Assembly: GCA_964247055.1 (NCBI GenBank)
Contig: OZ176058.1
Span: 3,534,001-3,598,000 of the forward strand
From: Paragordius varius
Lineage: Eukaryota > Animalia > Nematomorpha
Direction of reading: 5' to 3'
Length of the DNA: 64,000 nucleotides
Both the position numbers and the translations under genes were made by a program. Below the pieces are notes generated by a model, which was not told where the DNA came from, made no database searches, and saw only the letters and a list, made by a program, of their open reading frames with translations. Below are positions 1 to 12,637 of this stretch, piece by piece (the first letter of the stretch is position 1; every line of letters begins with the position of its first letter).

Positions 1-149
1 TGGATAAATTTCATATAATTCTTTTGTTATATATTAGGATTAAAGTATCACCTGTTTTTGGTGTAATATGACTAAATTTAATTTTACCAAATTTGTTTAA
101 ATCATAAAATGCTCTCTAAATTGAACAAATTATTGTCTGGAGTAACTAT

Positions 150-1500
150 AGCTCAAGGTGTCAAAAACGGCAAACCTTTTTAAAAACCGCAAAATCACCT
201 TTTTTTATTTAAATTATATTATTTAACCAATTAACCATTTTAAATAGCGTATTTATAATTTTAATCTCGATATATTGTAACATTTTTTTTGTTTAGAATG
301 TGATGTCTTACGAAATACGCAGGACTTCCTTGGCCTACTGTCCAACAAAACTGTATAAATCAATCGGAATGTTTCGGAATTGGGTAATTATTATTTTATA
401 TTTTGTTGATCAGTTTTGAATTAAAAATTTTCAAATTTTTAAATTTAAAACAGTAAAATTTTCTTATTTTAAAACATAAAAAGGCCATTTTTTTAAATAT
501 CTAATAATCTGCTATTTTTTTAAAAAAATTGCTAGAATCATACAAAAAACCGCTATTTTATAAAATATCAGAAGATTTTCACTACAAAATTCTCTGAAAA
601 ACAATTTTCTTAAAAACTACTAAAATTATCTAAAAATGCTAATTATTCTAAATTTAAAACAGTAATTTTTTTTAAAAAAATACAAAATTTTCTAAAAAAC
701 AGTTAAAATATTATAAAAATCGCTAAAACTTTTTAATAACAGCTTAAACTATTGGCTATTTCAAATATTTTATTTAAAAAATCGCCAAAATTTTAAAATA
801 GCTTTTAGTTTTTAAAACACTAACTTTTATTAAAAAACCGCTGTTTATTAAAAACCAATAACCGCTAAATATAAAAGTTTATTGTTAAAAATAGCTAATT
901 ATATTGAAAAACAGTTAATTTTTTATTAAATTTTTTTATAAAGATGCTCTAAATCTTTTCTAAAAACCGATAAAATAAATCCTTTTTTAAAACCGCTAAA
1001 TCTTCTCTAAAAACCGGCCAAAGTTTAAAATTTATTTTTATACCAAAATCTTTGTAAAAAAACTACAAATCATTTAAAAAACCACTATTTTAAAAAAAAA
1101 ACATAAAATTAAAAACCACAAACTTTTTTAAAAACCGCATATAATCCGCTAAATTTTCTTTCAAACCCATTAAATATTATAAAAACCGCCTATTTATATT
1201 AAAAAACAGCAAAATTCTTCTTAAAACCTCTAATCTTTTTAAAGAGAATCACTATTTTATTATTAAAATACCACTAAAATCGTTTCTAAAAGCCGTTAAA
1301 CTTTATTACCAAAAACTTCCACTTGAATGACTACTAACCTTTATTATGAATCTCCAAGGTTTTTAAAAAACACAAAATTCCTTTTTAATATCAGCAAATT
1401 CTTGTATAACCGGAATCTTTTATTAAACAACCCCTATAGTTTAGTTAATATTGGCTAATTTTTTTTTAATTTACCGCTAATTTAAAAAAATTACTAATTT
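150..1500. repeat. Degenerate low-complexity array rich in AAAAACCGC(T/A)AAA motifs
   Basis: Many aaaaccgc/aaaaccac/aaaacagc units on the + strand in A-rich sequence; no fixed period. Confidence 0.6.
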
Positions 1501-2369
1501 TTTTATTAAAATACTGTTTATAATAATCAGATACTATCATTTATTACTATTAAATTGACTATTTATATATTTTTCTTCATTTCATTAATTTATAATGATG
1601 TTGTGTCCGACACAAAAATCGACCCAAAGTTTAACTTAGAATGAAAACAATGTTTACAATATATTTTCCCTAAGTTATCTATTTTGAAAATAATTTTAGG
1701 TTTTTACAAGCGGAAAGTTAAAACCGCATTTTAAAATATGTTTTTTAAATACCTTTATTGTAGAATTGATTAATATTTAACATGTTTTATATATATATAT
1801 ATATATATATCTTAAATTTAATATGTTTTTATATATATTTCTCATTTTTATCAGAAATTATACATTAATTAAATTTAGTATTTACCTTTATTTAACGTTT
1901 TTTCTATTTTATTGCTAGGAAACAGATCAAATAGCCAGTAGCCCGCTAAACAATTAAAGCAAAATAAATATTCAAGTATTTATTTTTTTTCGTTATCTTA
2001 CAATCATATTTTTGTTAAATAGGTTTTAATAAGTTATGTAAAGTTAGTTAGTACAAAAAGGTAGATTTAATACTAATTGCATTTATATCTATCAATTTTT
2101 TAGCGGTTATATGATATTAGTAGGTAGGCGTTTATATAAAATTATTAATTAATTTATCTCTAAAAAATTATTTGCATAAAGTTTTGACGTGTGACTGGTT
2201 TTCAATTTTTTTATGTGTAGCATACGCCTCTAGGAAATGTCTTAAGATCACAATATTATTTGATTCATAAACAGGATTTATTCTATTATATTATTTCTAA
2301 TTTACTTTGGCAAATATAAGATATATCGTTAAATTCCTCTATGTAAAAAATGCGATATAGGTTTAAAGC

Positions 2370-3135
2370 ACTTTAAGGGTTTCGAGTTTGTGGGCTAGGG
2401 TTAGGGTGAGGGATTGGAGTTGGTTCATTTTATTAAAGAAGTCCGCAGGACTTCCTCGGGCTGCGAAGCAGGCCGAGACCCACGCATTTCTTTTTAAATT
2501 AAATCTTTGTCTCAGAATTTTTTAGCTTTTGATTTATTTTAAGGAAGGTTTAATTTTACACCATTTAATATAAACATTATCTAAATTTTATTTGACCGCA
2601 AACTTTTCAATGCACAGATCATATGCTATTTTTATTGCGGTGTTTGGTTGATAGAATATTAAAGCATCCGAGTTTATGGGCTGGGGTTATGTAAATCATT
2701 TATTTTTTAATGGTTTTGTACTAAAATTGCTCTACTAAAGCTGATTTTGGGTTTTAATTATGGAAGTAAACTGCTAATTTGTAAAGTAACCGCAAAGATA
2801 TATATATAAAGTAGAATGATTTTACTGATCGAAATTAAAGGCTTTCGAGTTTGGGTTGGCCTTAGCTAAAGTAAAGGAATTTTTAATAAGTTGCGTATCC
2901 TTATTCCTTGGGTTTTAATTACGGAAATCGATTTCTAAATAACTACTAATTTGTGAAGTAACCGCAAATTTAAATTTTAAAGCGATTTTTTCTGTATTAT
3001 GACGTTTAAATCTCCTAATTTGGTCTTTTCGGGACAATTTAGCTATTTTTTTTTACCGGGTTTGATTAATCTATGTTAAATATTTTAAGGCGAGTTTGTG
3101 GGCTAGGGTTATGCGGGTTGTTTTCATTTTATTAA
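2370..3135. repeat. Old repeated module (about 4 copies of aagg..cgagtttgtgggctagggtt...catttt att, interleaved with taaccgcaaa motifs)
   Basis: Motif recurs near 2375, 2665, 2840 and 3088; a GC hairpin ctcgg-g-ctgc-gaa-gcag-g-ccgag lies at 2455..2477. Repeated at +32012. Confidence 0.55.
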
Positions 3136-3222
3136 TAACTGCCGAATTATAATAAACTGCAAAATGAATTTTATGCTAATATTATCTAACATCGAATCTA
3201 ATAATATTTTTTATACATCAGA

Positions 3223-4045
3223 TGAGAACAAATTGCACAGAAATAAAGCTAACTCACACAAGAATGAATATGAAACTTATGACTACTACGCAAGAATCAC
3301 GCAAGAATGAATATGAAACTAATGATTAACTACTCAAGAAACAAAACTCACTCACACAAGAATGAATAATTCTAAGTCCAAAATTTTTTTTTGAGCGTCC
3401 GGGAGTAAGAGTGCTCAAAACAAAATTTTGGACTTAGGGGCCTGACACTCTCTCTAATGCGAGAAATAAATCCTCCTTCACAAGATTGGGGAAAACAACT
3501 CTCAAATAAGAGCTGATTCTCCCCACTAATGTGAAGGGGGATTTATTCCTCCCATTAGAGAGTTATCAGGCCCAAAAACTCTCCACAAGTATAACGAGAG
3601 TTTCAAGCCGAAGAGTGATCCCATCAATCAGAGGCGCGTTTCTCTCCATAGACTTGTTAGGTTCCGTGGAGGTCCCCGAGAGCTTGCTCCGTTTCAACCG
3701 ATCCCATTTTCCCAATGAGTCAATTCACACCTAAATATTAGGTTTACCTCGTAATCCGTAGGCTCCTCCCGCTTCATGTGTTGTCCCATAATCGGCCAAT
3801 CCCATATCGCCTGCATTAGACCTCCCCAGGGCTTCTGGAATCCGTGTTGTACGCCTTTCCCATAGAGTTTATCCCAATACACCTAAATTATACATTTACC
3901 TCGTAATCAGCAGGCTTTTTTCGGTTCGCTCCTTCATTCACCCACGAATCCTTGGTTGCTAGTCTTGAATCACGTCCCCATCCCTGGTTGCCATTGGAGA
4001 AGAAGGCCTAAAGCCTTCAAATTAGCTTTTTTAATCAGCCTCTAC
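3223..4045. other. GC-rich island of adjacent hairpins and short direct repeats; possible solo LTR or structured ncRNA
   Basis: Stems at 3372..3437 (25 bp, 1 mismatch), 3438..3573 (~65-bp imperfect) and 3576..3603; short tandem repeats caagaatgaatatgaaact (3260-3370); direct repeat cacctaaat...tttacctcgtaatc..aggct (~3727, ~3880). Confidence 0.55.
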
Positions 4046-4666
4046 ATATAAATATTTTTCTGATTGCAATCATAGGTGCTTAGCTTACCCAATATATCCA
4101 TATATCTACTCTTGCTTTCCAAATTACAAATTTCAGAAACAAAGAATTTTATGGACACTCATGCTTGTCTCTTAGATTTTCTTTTTATAAATTCTGCCTC
4201 TATTTGCTAGCTCAATTCTATATTATATGCTCTCTTTATCTATTTAATCAGCGGAATTGGTTGGAATAGCTTATTATATTTTATATCGGATTGTTATATC
4301 TATATGTATCCCCTGCCTAAAATATGATATATTAAATTTTCACATGGAACGCATAAGTTCATTCAATTCATATGAACCACACTAGTAGTTTGGCATATTC
4401 ACATGAAGGGATTTTTATTTCTGCTTTTCAAGATGAAAGAAATTCAACTCCAAAAATACGATGTAATGGCGAAGTGTTATCAAAATACAAAGGAAAATTA
4501 TTTTATTTGCTTGGATAAGATGCATGTTATTTGGATTATACATACACAAAATGCAATTCAAACTAAAAATATTTGAATTTAGCACAAAAATACTCCTTAA
4601 ATTTAAAAAACTTTGATTACATTGAAAACAATAATAGCAATCTGAAATCAAAGCAAATTTTATAAG

Positions 4667-7021
4667 AGTACCCTGGGAATTTCAGCGATATACACTCAGA
4701 CCAATCATTTAATAATTATAATAAGGATAAAAATCAAAATAATTTTATTGGTAATCAGGATCATGATCTGAATAATACAGAAAGGGTAATTTAAAGATTT
4801 GATTTTAACTTTTTAAATATAAATATGATTGATTATTCGAGTTGGGTTTATTTATAAATACATTAAATAGTAAAACTAATTTTGAATTTTAATGTTTTGT
4901 GAAAATATATATATAAGTGACAATGAATTTTTAATATTATTTTATTCATCATAGGTACGAAAAACTTTTTCTTATCAAAATTAATTTTTTATTTTTGTAG
5001 AACAATGTGATGGACATGAATAGCAATTAAAACAAATTATTTTTGAATTGCAATTTTAAAACCAACTTTCTATCTCGGAGGCTTATTATGTGAAAGGAAA
5101 ACTACCAACCATTTCCCCGAATATAGTTGTTGAATACAAGCAAATTGTTTTTACGAAACAAAATATACGTCAAGTTAAACAACGCAAACTGCTTAGAGAT
5201 GTTATGAGGAGGTCGGTAGTTTTTTTTGTTACTGTTTTTTTAATATATCATTTACTTTGAAACAATTAAAAATTTATGAAATACTTGTGCTTTGAATTAT
5301 CAGTTGTGTTTAATTATCAGGTATTTTTTATTAATTACATATTTATTATTTATTTTTAAATATCAGTCTTAAATTTTTACAAAGTTCATCTTTTTTTGAT
5401 TTTAATAATTAATGTTATACAGATAAAAGGAATTAAAAAGCAAATATTTTTTATAACCATGTTTTTTGTAAGCTTGCTATTACTTAATAACTTAAATGAT
5501 AATTATTTTAAAAATATTTGGGTATTTAATTTACATATCATTTTCTTGTTATTAGCCTAGAACAAAAAAAATTGTTTTTAAAAAGTATGGTGTCATCTTC
5601 AAAAAATTCTCTTTTAGTTTTAATTTAGCTCTAACTTTTTATATCGCATATAACTTAATTATATTTTTATCGCGTATAAATATGTAGTGCAATTATAAGG
5701 TATAAATCATTTTTTGCTAAACAGGTTATAAAAAATTTCTTTTGTAAAGTAAAAAATATGGGAACCTTATACAGTAAAAACTATAATTATACGGACAAAA
5801 AGTAAAAATATAAAGACAAATATCTTTTTCTAAAGGCAAATATTTTATATTAAAAGACAACCATAATTTTTGTGTATTGATGATTGTATTTTATAATTTT
5901 TATAGGATAGATTAAGTTTTAAAAGTATTAGTTGTAATGTGTAAATTGGAAACAAAGTGGTTCTTGAAGGAGCTGATTTATAAAAAATAAAAACGGATTA
6001 ATATGCTAATATTTGTACGATTTATAGTAAAAATAATATAAAGACAAATATTTTTTTTCTCAAAGACAACCATGCTTTATTATAGATACCATTTAGAGTT
6101 CTAATTCACCCTTGAACAAATTTGAATTTACCATCAAACAATTTAAATTCACCTTAAAATAAGTTATGTGTTTTTTAAGACTGAAAAAACACAACTTATT
6201 TTGGAATATTTTTAAAATAAGAAATTTTATTTAAAAATATAATGCTGTAATAAACTATGTAGTAAAAATATATTTCCAATTAATAATGATCCCGAAAACA
6301 CATAATTTATTTTTAGGGGGAATTTGAATTGTTCAAGGGCCAATTTGAATTGTAAATGGTATATAAAGTTTCCCATTTATATTTTTACAAATATAAACTC
6401 TATTTCATACTTTGTAATTAAAAACAATTATTTATAATATTTCAGAATCTGAGGATGAAAAAGTTTAATCTTTTAAAATATATGTCCTTATATTTTTACG
6501 CCTTATCCGTATTTAATATTAATTTTATTGTAAATCAGTGGTACGCACTAAAATTTTTGAAGGTCGGAAAATTTTTTTTAATCTTGTCTCAGGAGCTGTG
6601 GACAATATAATATGGGGATAAAATTATATAGTTGTTTAATAACACATTTGTAGATGTTTATACTCAATGATAAATATCCATAAAAAATACCATATGCGGC
6701 CAATGGGCGGTAGTTTAAGTAACACTAATTATTTTAATTTTATACGTTATACAAAGTCGCCTGAGCGAGAGATAATTGCATATAATTAATCTTTGACATA
6801 AACGGAAGAATTAAAAATGTTGAGTATTATTTATATCAAATTTTTATTACGTATTTTTATTTGGATGTATGTAGATTGTTTAGTAAACCTAAAATGTGCG
6901 CTAAGAATGCTGCCCGGTCAGCTTCCGAAAGACAATTTAAAAAGGTTGGAGGACTTAACAAGCAATGGACTTGTTTGAAAGATCCCCTTGGTTTAAAGAA
7001 AAAAATGTGCATGTGTGGAAA
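4667..7021 (+). CDS. Candidate spliced exons of an unknown gene (4667..4785, 5081..5211, 6875..7021)
   Basis: AG/GT-bounded open segments with compatible phases (0 then 2) join without stops: EYPGNFSDIH...NNTER | AYYVKGKLPTISP...RDVMR | RLFSKPKMCAKNAARSASERQFKKVGG...MCMCGK. The third is identical over ~145 bp between copies in otherwise diverged DNA. The 5081 acceptor (gag) is weak. Confidence 0.3.
6086..6362. mobile_element. MITE with ATACCATTTACAATTCAAATT termini and internal aattcaaattcacccttgaac subrepeats
   Basis: Inverted arms ataccattt...aaatggtat; same family at 29579..29848 and 38098..38374, half arms near 16720-16830 and 48065-48160. Confidence 0.7.
6536..6727. mobile_element. Short non-autonomous Buster-type hAT MITE (copy B 38548..38736)
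   Basis: Left end cagtggtacgcactaaaattttt matches the 25111/59264 hAT end; right end gcggcc..gggccgcggtttgagta matches the 61082 end. Preceded by ttgTAaat, but the TSD is not conserved on the right. Confidence 0.6.
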
Positions 7022-7695
7022 GTATATTCGTTAATATTTTTTATACATACAGTTAATAAAAAACTATTAAAACAATGAAGTAAAAATATATGAGCTAGTG
7101 TCGTCTACATTTTTATACTTAATAAATTTCTCTAGCAAAGATAAAATGTTAAATGATTGATTAATTGAGGATTATGTTTCATGATCCCCATAATTATAAA
7201 CTATAAGTGAAATGTTAAAATTACTTGTTACCTATAAACTTTTAAAATCTTTTTTTAGGAACCTAAGGTAAAAATTGTATCCATAAAATAATCCTTAAAT
7301 AGTAAAAGAATGTCGCATTCGTTAAAAAATATCTTGGATTTTACATTAAAAGCAACTCTTTTATATATTTTTTTGAATTAATAATTCTTTTGAATTATTT
7401 AAGGCTGTGTTAATTTAATGATTCGACTAACAAATAAGTTTAAGTAAATGATTTAATTTTGTTATGTTGCTTAAACAAATGTAAAAATCTTCCCATTTTT
7501 GTAATTTATTAAAAGTAAAACAAGACTGTGCTTTTAATAGAAACGTATTTTTAGCCGATATATACTAGGCATAGATGATGAATTTTCTGTGTGTTTAACG
7601 GTTTAATTTATAGGCAAACAAATATTCTTATTTTAACATCTTTAATTAATTTGAGTAAATTAATTAATAATTTATACTTTTAATAATTACTATTT

Positions 7696-7775
7696 AGGAG
7701 TTCGAACCCGCGTGAATCTGATTTTATAGAAGTGCACGAATGTTAACTCTGAAAAGCACTGCAACTCATTAGCCA
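7696..7775 (-). pseudogene. tRNA-derived SINE head or tRNA relic (copy B ~39674..39756)
   Basis: Minus strand has an A-box-like tggctaatgagtt and a B-box ggttcgaactcc about 55 nt apart; no cloverleaf. Confidence 0.35.
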
Positions 7776-8779
7776 TTTTTTTAGTTTTTTCATCATCAAT
7801 CACATTTCTTATTCATATTTAGTTAATCAAAATTATATAAATTATTTAAATAAATAAATTTATAGTAAAAATTGAATTTATACATACAAAACATAAAAAA
7901 CAATACTTTTTTATAACAGAATTTAAAATTATTGCAATTGTAATTCAGCTAAAATTGATTGTTAGAGTAAACTTTAGATTACTACAGGTGTATGTCACAC
8001 GTAAAACATTAAACTAAATAAAATTTAAAGTCAATAAAAAATATTTAACACTTTGATTCAAATTGGGGTATCTAAATACTCCAAATTTAAATCCATATTT
8101 TTATAAACTACGAAGGGTCCCACATTAAATTTATTCTTCCATCCTGATAAAATCCTACAAATAAGCTAAAATATTACATTAAAATTTTAATTTTGAAAAA
8201 CAAGATTTATTTCAGACTACCTCGACGCCATTATTATTATACAAATTTTTTGCAAGATATCGTGTGTTCATTAAATTTTAAAAGTAAAATTAAAGCTAAT
8301 TTTTATTTAAATTGCATCTAACGTTGATAAAAATAAAAAAGTGGTTTATTTGCATTAATTTTCAATTTAGCTAGCCAATGCACACATGTTACGTTGACTA
8401 AATTTTTACCTCTTTGGGTTTCGCCCAGGGCTTGAAACCTGTTCAAAAAAGTGGAACTGAAACCGGGTCGATACCGCGTTGTTTCTTAAGAATTTAATAG
8501 GGAACTTAAACCGGGGTGATTCCTAAAAATTTAGCAAAACCGCTACACTTTACTTTTAGAATTGGTTCCATTTTCGGTTCCTGACTTTTGATTAGTTGAT
8601 TTACTTCAAAAATATTACAATAATAATAATAAGAATACAACGAGAGGGATGTAATATGAAGTGTGGGATATTTATGATGGATTAATAAAGAGGTTCTGTT
8701 GTTTGTTATGCGTTAAATGTTTAGGATAAAACTTCCTAGTTAAAGATGTTTAGTATGAAATCTAACTGTAAACAGACTT

Positions 8780-9560
8780 AAATCAGGTTAATATGCTTGT
8801 CATTGAGAATTTTAAAATAAAAAAATCATTCCATAAAATCATCAAGGCAAAATTTAAAGGGTAGCATGCCTTTCCCTTTATCTAAAAATATAGGAATAAA
8901 AATAGGAAAACAAAAATATAAAGGTAAGTAAATACGGATATAATTTCATTGTTTCAAAATTAATTTGGAAAAAACCAAAGTCATATCAAATGACGCCACA
9001 TGCTCAATCAAAATGGGCTAACACTCTATAGAAACACTAGACAACTATATATATATATTTAGGAGTCAAGATTAATAAATAAAAATAATACAACACCTGA
9101 AATTAAGATTAGCCATATCCAGGGCTAAAATGAAATCAAATCGCAAGATATGGTCTTCACGAAAAATACCAAAACTACCCCAAAATAAATTTAATACAAT
9201 AATATTCCCAAACGCAACCTATGGCTTTAAAAGCTGGGTATGCAAAAATTCTGACCAAAAAATTATACAAGCTTTTAGGCAAACTTGTTGGAGAATGATA
9301 CTTGGTAGAATAATGGACATACAAACTCACTAATAAATGAATCAACCCTAAGATTACATTACTTCAAATGATAACATAATCCACGATAACAAATTGGAAA
9401 TCATTCTTGCTTGGTAGAAGGTAAATTTAAAAGACTCAGAAAAAGTGGTCAAAACAATTTACAGATGACACCCACCTTACAATCTCCAATCTGATCAATT
9501 TATCCTCAGTCAGATCAGCCTACAGAAAATTTGTCCATGAAATCCTGCAAAATGTCTAAT
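8780..9560 (+). mobile_element. RTE-clade LINE relic (RT C-terminal region)
   Basis: Broken frames read TKVI..IETLDNYIYLGVKI..EIKI, then ORF 9130..9333 KIWSSRKI..IIFPNATYGFKSW..KIIQAF..CWRMILG, the typical post-YADD region of RTE ORFs. Confidence 0.8.
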
Positions 9561-12046
9561 ATTAACTACGCTGTGTCATTCATTCGCTCATTCAATACAA
9601 CCAAAATATTAAAAATTATAAATCAAACAATTTATTACAAATTGCCAAATGTAAAGTGAAAAAAAAGTGTAGCATAATAAATGAAACAAATTATAAAATA
9701 TTATAGGGAAATGTATAAGTACAAAGGTATGAGTGTAAAAGAATTATTGCACCAAGCAATTCGCTCTGCTTCTCACGTTTGAAAATATAAAAATTACTTT
9801 TCGAATATACCATCATATTGGCTTGATTCAAATTCCAAAATTACATCTCAAATAAAAACGAAATTATTATTTGTAAGAATTTTTTGACGGAGATAATTTT
9901 CAAAATCATCCACTGTATCATGATTTTTCACAATGATAGTGTCTCATTTAGTTTTTCTTTTATCCAACATAAATAAATGTGGGGGAAGGATGTTTTTCCC
10001 TCAAAATCCTCATTTTTAATCCTTGAAACTATATACACATCTGCGTAAGCCACAGAATTCTTCTGGTTTTCCTGATCACACAGACTGTACGAAAGGAGAC
10101 CAGTTCTATCAACAACATCGCAGGCTCGCCATTCAGAACTTTGTTCGTTTTTCACCATTATGCGTTGGTATATTAAAACGCACGACGTGGACGGGGTGCG
10201 TCTAAGACTGTTGTTTTTGTGTTAATCCAGGTCAGGGTGTTTAGGAGACTCGTTTAAAGAGTAGTTGGAAGGGGGTTTCCTTTGTGGTAGCGGGAATAGA
10301 GTTACGGTAAGACCATAAAGTAGTATTAAAAGCTTCCTCCGGTGTATTAATATAATTTTTGATTTTCCTATACTTGCCCTTTAGGATCCCTACCAACCTT
10401 TCTACCATCCCATTACTTTTAGGATGATAGAGGGTTACCCTCACGTGCTTAATTCCCAAGTTTGTCAGGGTTGATGTAAAGTACGAATTATTGAAATAAG
10501 AAGCGTTATCACTTTCTACCGTCTTCGGAAACCCAAACCTGGCAAAGGTTTCCTCGAGTTTGTGAAATATATTTACCGAATTAACCCGTTTTAACATAAA
10601 CCCTTCCGACCATTTTGATGAGCTATCAATCAACAAAAACCAAAAATACCCGTCAACTGGTCCCGCTATATCGATGTGCAAACGCTCCCATATCGCAGCA
10701 TTTGGATCCCATTGCTAAGTGGGTTTTTTACTAGGCTTGGCTTGTTTCCTTGGCATGAGCTACATTGACTGTACCTTCTTACCAAATCGTTCTCTAATTT
10801 TGGTCAAAAACAGGTAAACCTTGCCATTACTTTCATCGTTTCTACATTATTATGCCCGCTGTGTAAATAATTGACCATATTCGCCTGTCTTTCCGGGATG
10901 ATTCGATCGTTCAAACTTAGCAATCCATATTGGTACAAAATTTCTCCTTTACGGTTGGTGAACTCAGCCAACTCAACATCACTCCAATCTTGATAATTAA
11001 TAGCCTTGATTACCTTTGGCAAAATTTTATCCTTAACTGTTTCTCTTCGGATCTCATCTCGACTTAAATGAACGTTATGACAATTTCGGAACCTAAGATG
11101 TCTCGTTACCATGTAGTCTCTATCAATTGTGTCAACATTATCTTCACCGGGACATTTTGACAAGTAATCGGCTCTATTTTTAGGACCCGCTTGATAACTT
11201 AATTCAAAATCATAATCAGTCAGTCGGTTAACCGATCTTAAAACTTTCGCATTCTGAATTTCTTTCAAATTTCTATCCCTATTTATTAACCTAACCAGTG
11301 GTAAGTGGTCTGTCAAAATTTCAAACTTTCTACCATAAACGAAGTTATGAAACTTTTCTAATGCAAAAACAATAGCCTTTAATTCCTTTTCTATCGTGGA
11401 GTAGTTCAATTCTGCGGTACTACCTTTTCTCGAACCATAGGCAATGGGTTTCCTTTCACCATTTACAACATGAGATAAAATATATCCAAACCCTATATCT
11501 GAGGCATTGGCTTCAATTACTGACTTTGTATCCGGATTGTATGGTGTTAAAAATATTTGTTCACTTAAAATTTCCTTTGCTGCTTTCCAACTTTTCACGT
11601 GTTTTTCCGACGAGTTCCATCTGACGTTCTTACTCGTTAAACTATGTACACTTACAATCAATTGAAGCTTGGGTATAAATCTTTCATGGAACGTTAAAAG
11701 TCATAAAAAACTTCTTAAAGATTTTTAATCCACAGATTTTTAAAATCATTGATTGCTTTTACTTTATTCTTGCATGAACTTATACCTTTAATACTTATTT
11801 CAAATCCCAGATAACTTACTGAAGGTTCACCAATTTTTATTTTATCTTTTCTTAATCTAAAACCTGCTAATTCTGCCCGATTTAAAACATTATTAAAATT
11901 TAATAAATGTTCCTGTTCAGATTTGCCAGTTGCTAAAACATCATCTAAATATAAGTTGAGTGGGTGACGACGAAGTGTTGTTAAATAAGATTCGTGTGTT
12001 AACGTCGTGTGAATAATGAAAGAAAATAAAAATAAATTTATTATAG

Positions 12047-12080
12047 ACTCAAATTTTCGCCCAATGGCATCATCAGGAGT
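12047..12080 (-). ncRNA. Minimal type I hammerhead ribozyme motif (mirror copy)
   Basis: Exact reverse complement of 12604..12637. Confidence 0.7.
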
Positions 12081-12603
12081 TGTTAAAAGAAAAAACTTAA
12101 AATAAAGTATAACCAAGAAAAAAATATAAAATGAAATTAAATGTGAGACAAATCAATGCTTATAAATTGATATAATAGACAAAGGAAAGTAACATAAAAG
12201 AAAACCGTTATAATCTTGAGCGCATGTGCAATATATTTTTTATAAGAACATAAATATATCTACATTAGACAAAACAAACAAATTATAAAAAATAAAAAAT
12301 TTAATTAATATCAATGCTGTCACAAACCAAAATTTTTATAAAAAACCATAATATTTTTATTCCAAAAACTTTATACAGCATTGATATTACTTAAATTTTT
12401 TATTTTTTATAATTTGTTTGTTTTGTCTAATGTAGATATATTTATGTTCTTATAAAAAATATATTGCACATGCGCTCAAGATTATAACGGTTTTCTTTCC
12501 TTTGTCTATTATATCAATTTATAAGCATTGATTTGTCTCACATTTCATTTCATTTTATATTTTTTTCTTGGTTATACTTTATTTTAAGTTTTTTCTTTTA
12601 ACA

Positions 12604-12637
12604 ACTCCTGATGATGCCATTGGGCGAAAATTTGAGT
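12604..12637 (+). ncRNA. Minimal type I hammerhead ribozyme motif
   Basis: actc-CTGATGA-t-gcc(attg)ggc-GAAA-a-t-T-T/gagt: stem I actc/gagt, stem II gcc/ggc, loopless stem III, predicted cleavage after 12633 (UUU triplet). Confidence 0.7.

Noticed and set aside
2395-2412. Telomere-like ctagggttagggtgaggg
   Set aside because: Only about two imperfect units embedded in a dispersed repeat module.
2441-2485. HDV-like ribozyme or RNase P-like motif (gaagtccgcag, ttcctcg)
   Set aside because: Could not build the nested double pseudoknot or other conserved regions; only a simple hairpin is supported.
3531-3882. ORFs in the GC-rich island (one starting MYWD like the orphan exon ORF)
   Set aside because: No further similarity; open frames are expected from higher GC; overlapping on opposite strands.
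4357-5211. Long frames interrupted only by TAA/TAG, hinting at stop-codon reassignment to Gln
   Set aside because: The credible exons use CAA/CAG for Gln, contain no in-frame TAA/TAG and end at TAA. Alternative splice boundaries or C-to-T decay explain the stops.
7696-7775. Functional tRNA gene
   Set aside because: Has A/B-box-like motifs but no acceptor stem or cloverleaf.
8426-8590. Small hAT-like MITE with aaaccg repeats
   Set aside because: Termini match poorly, no TSD, and the region is replaced by other sequence in copy B.
9560-9720. 3' LTR of the Gypsy element
   Set aside because: No match to the 14428..15210 flank and no clear polypurine tract.
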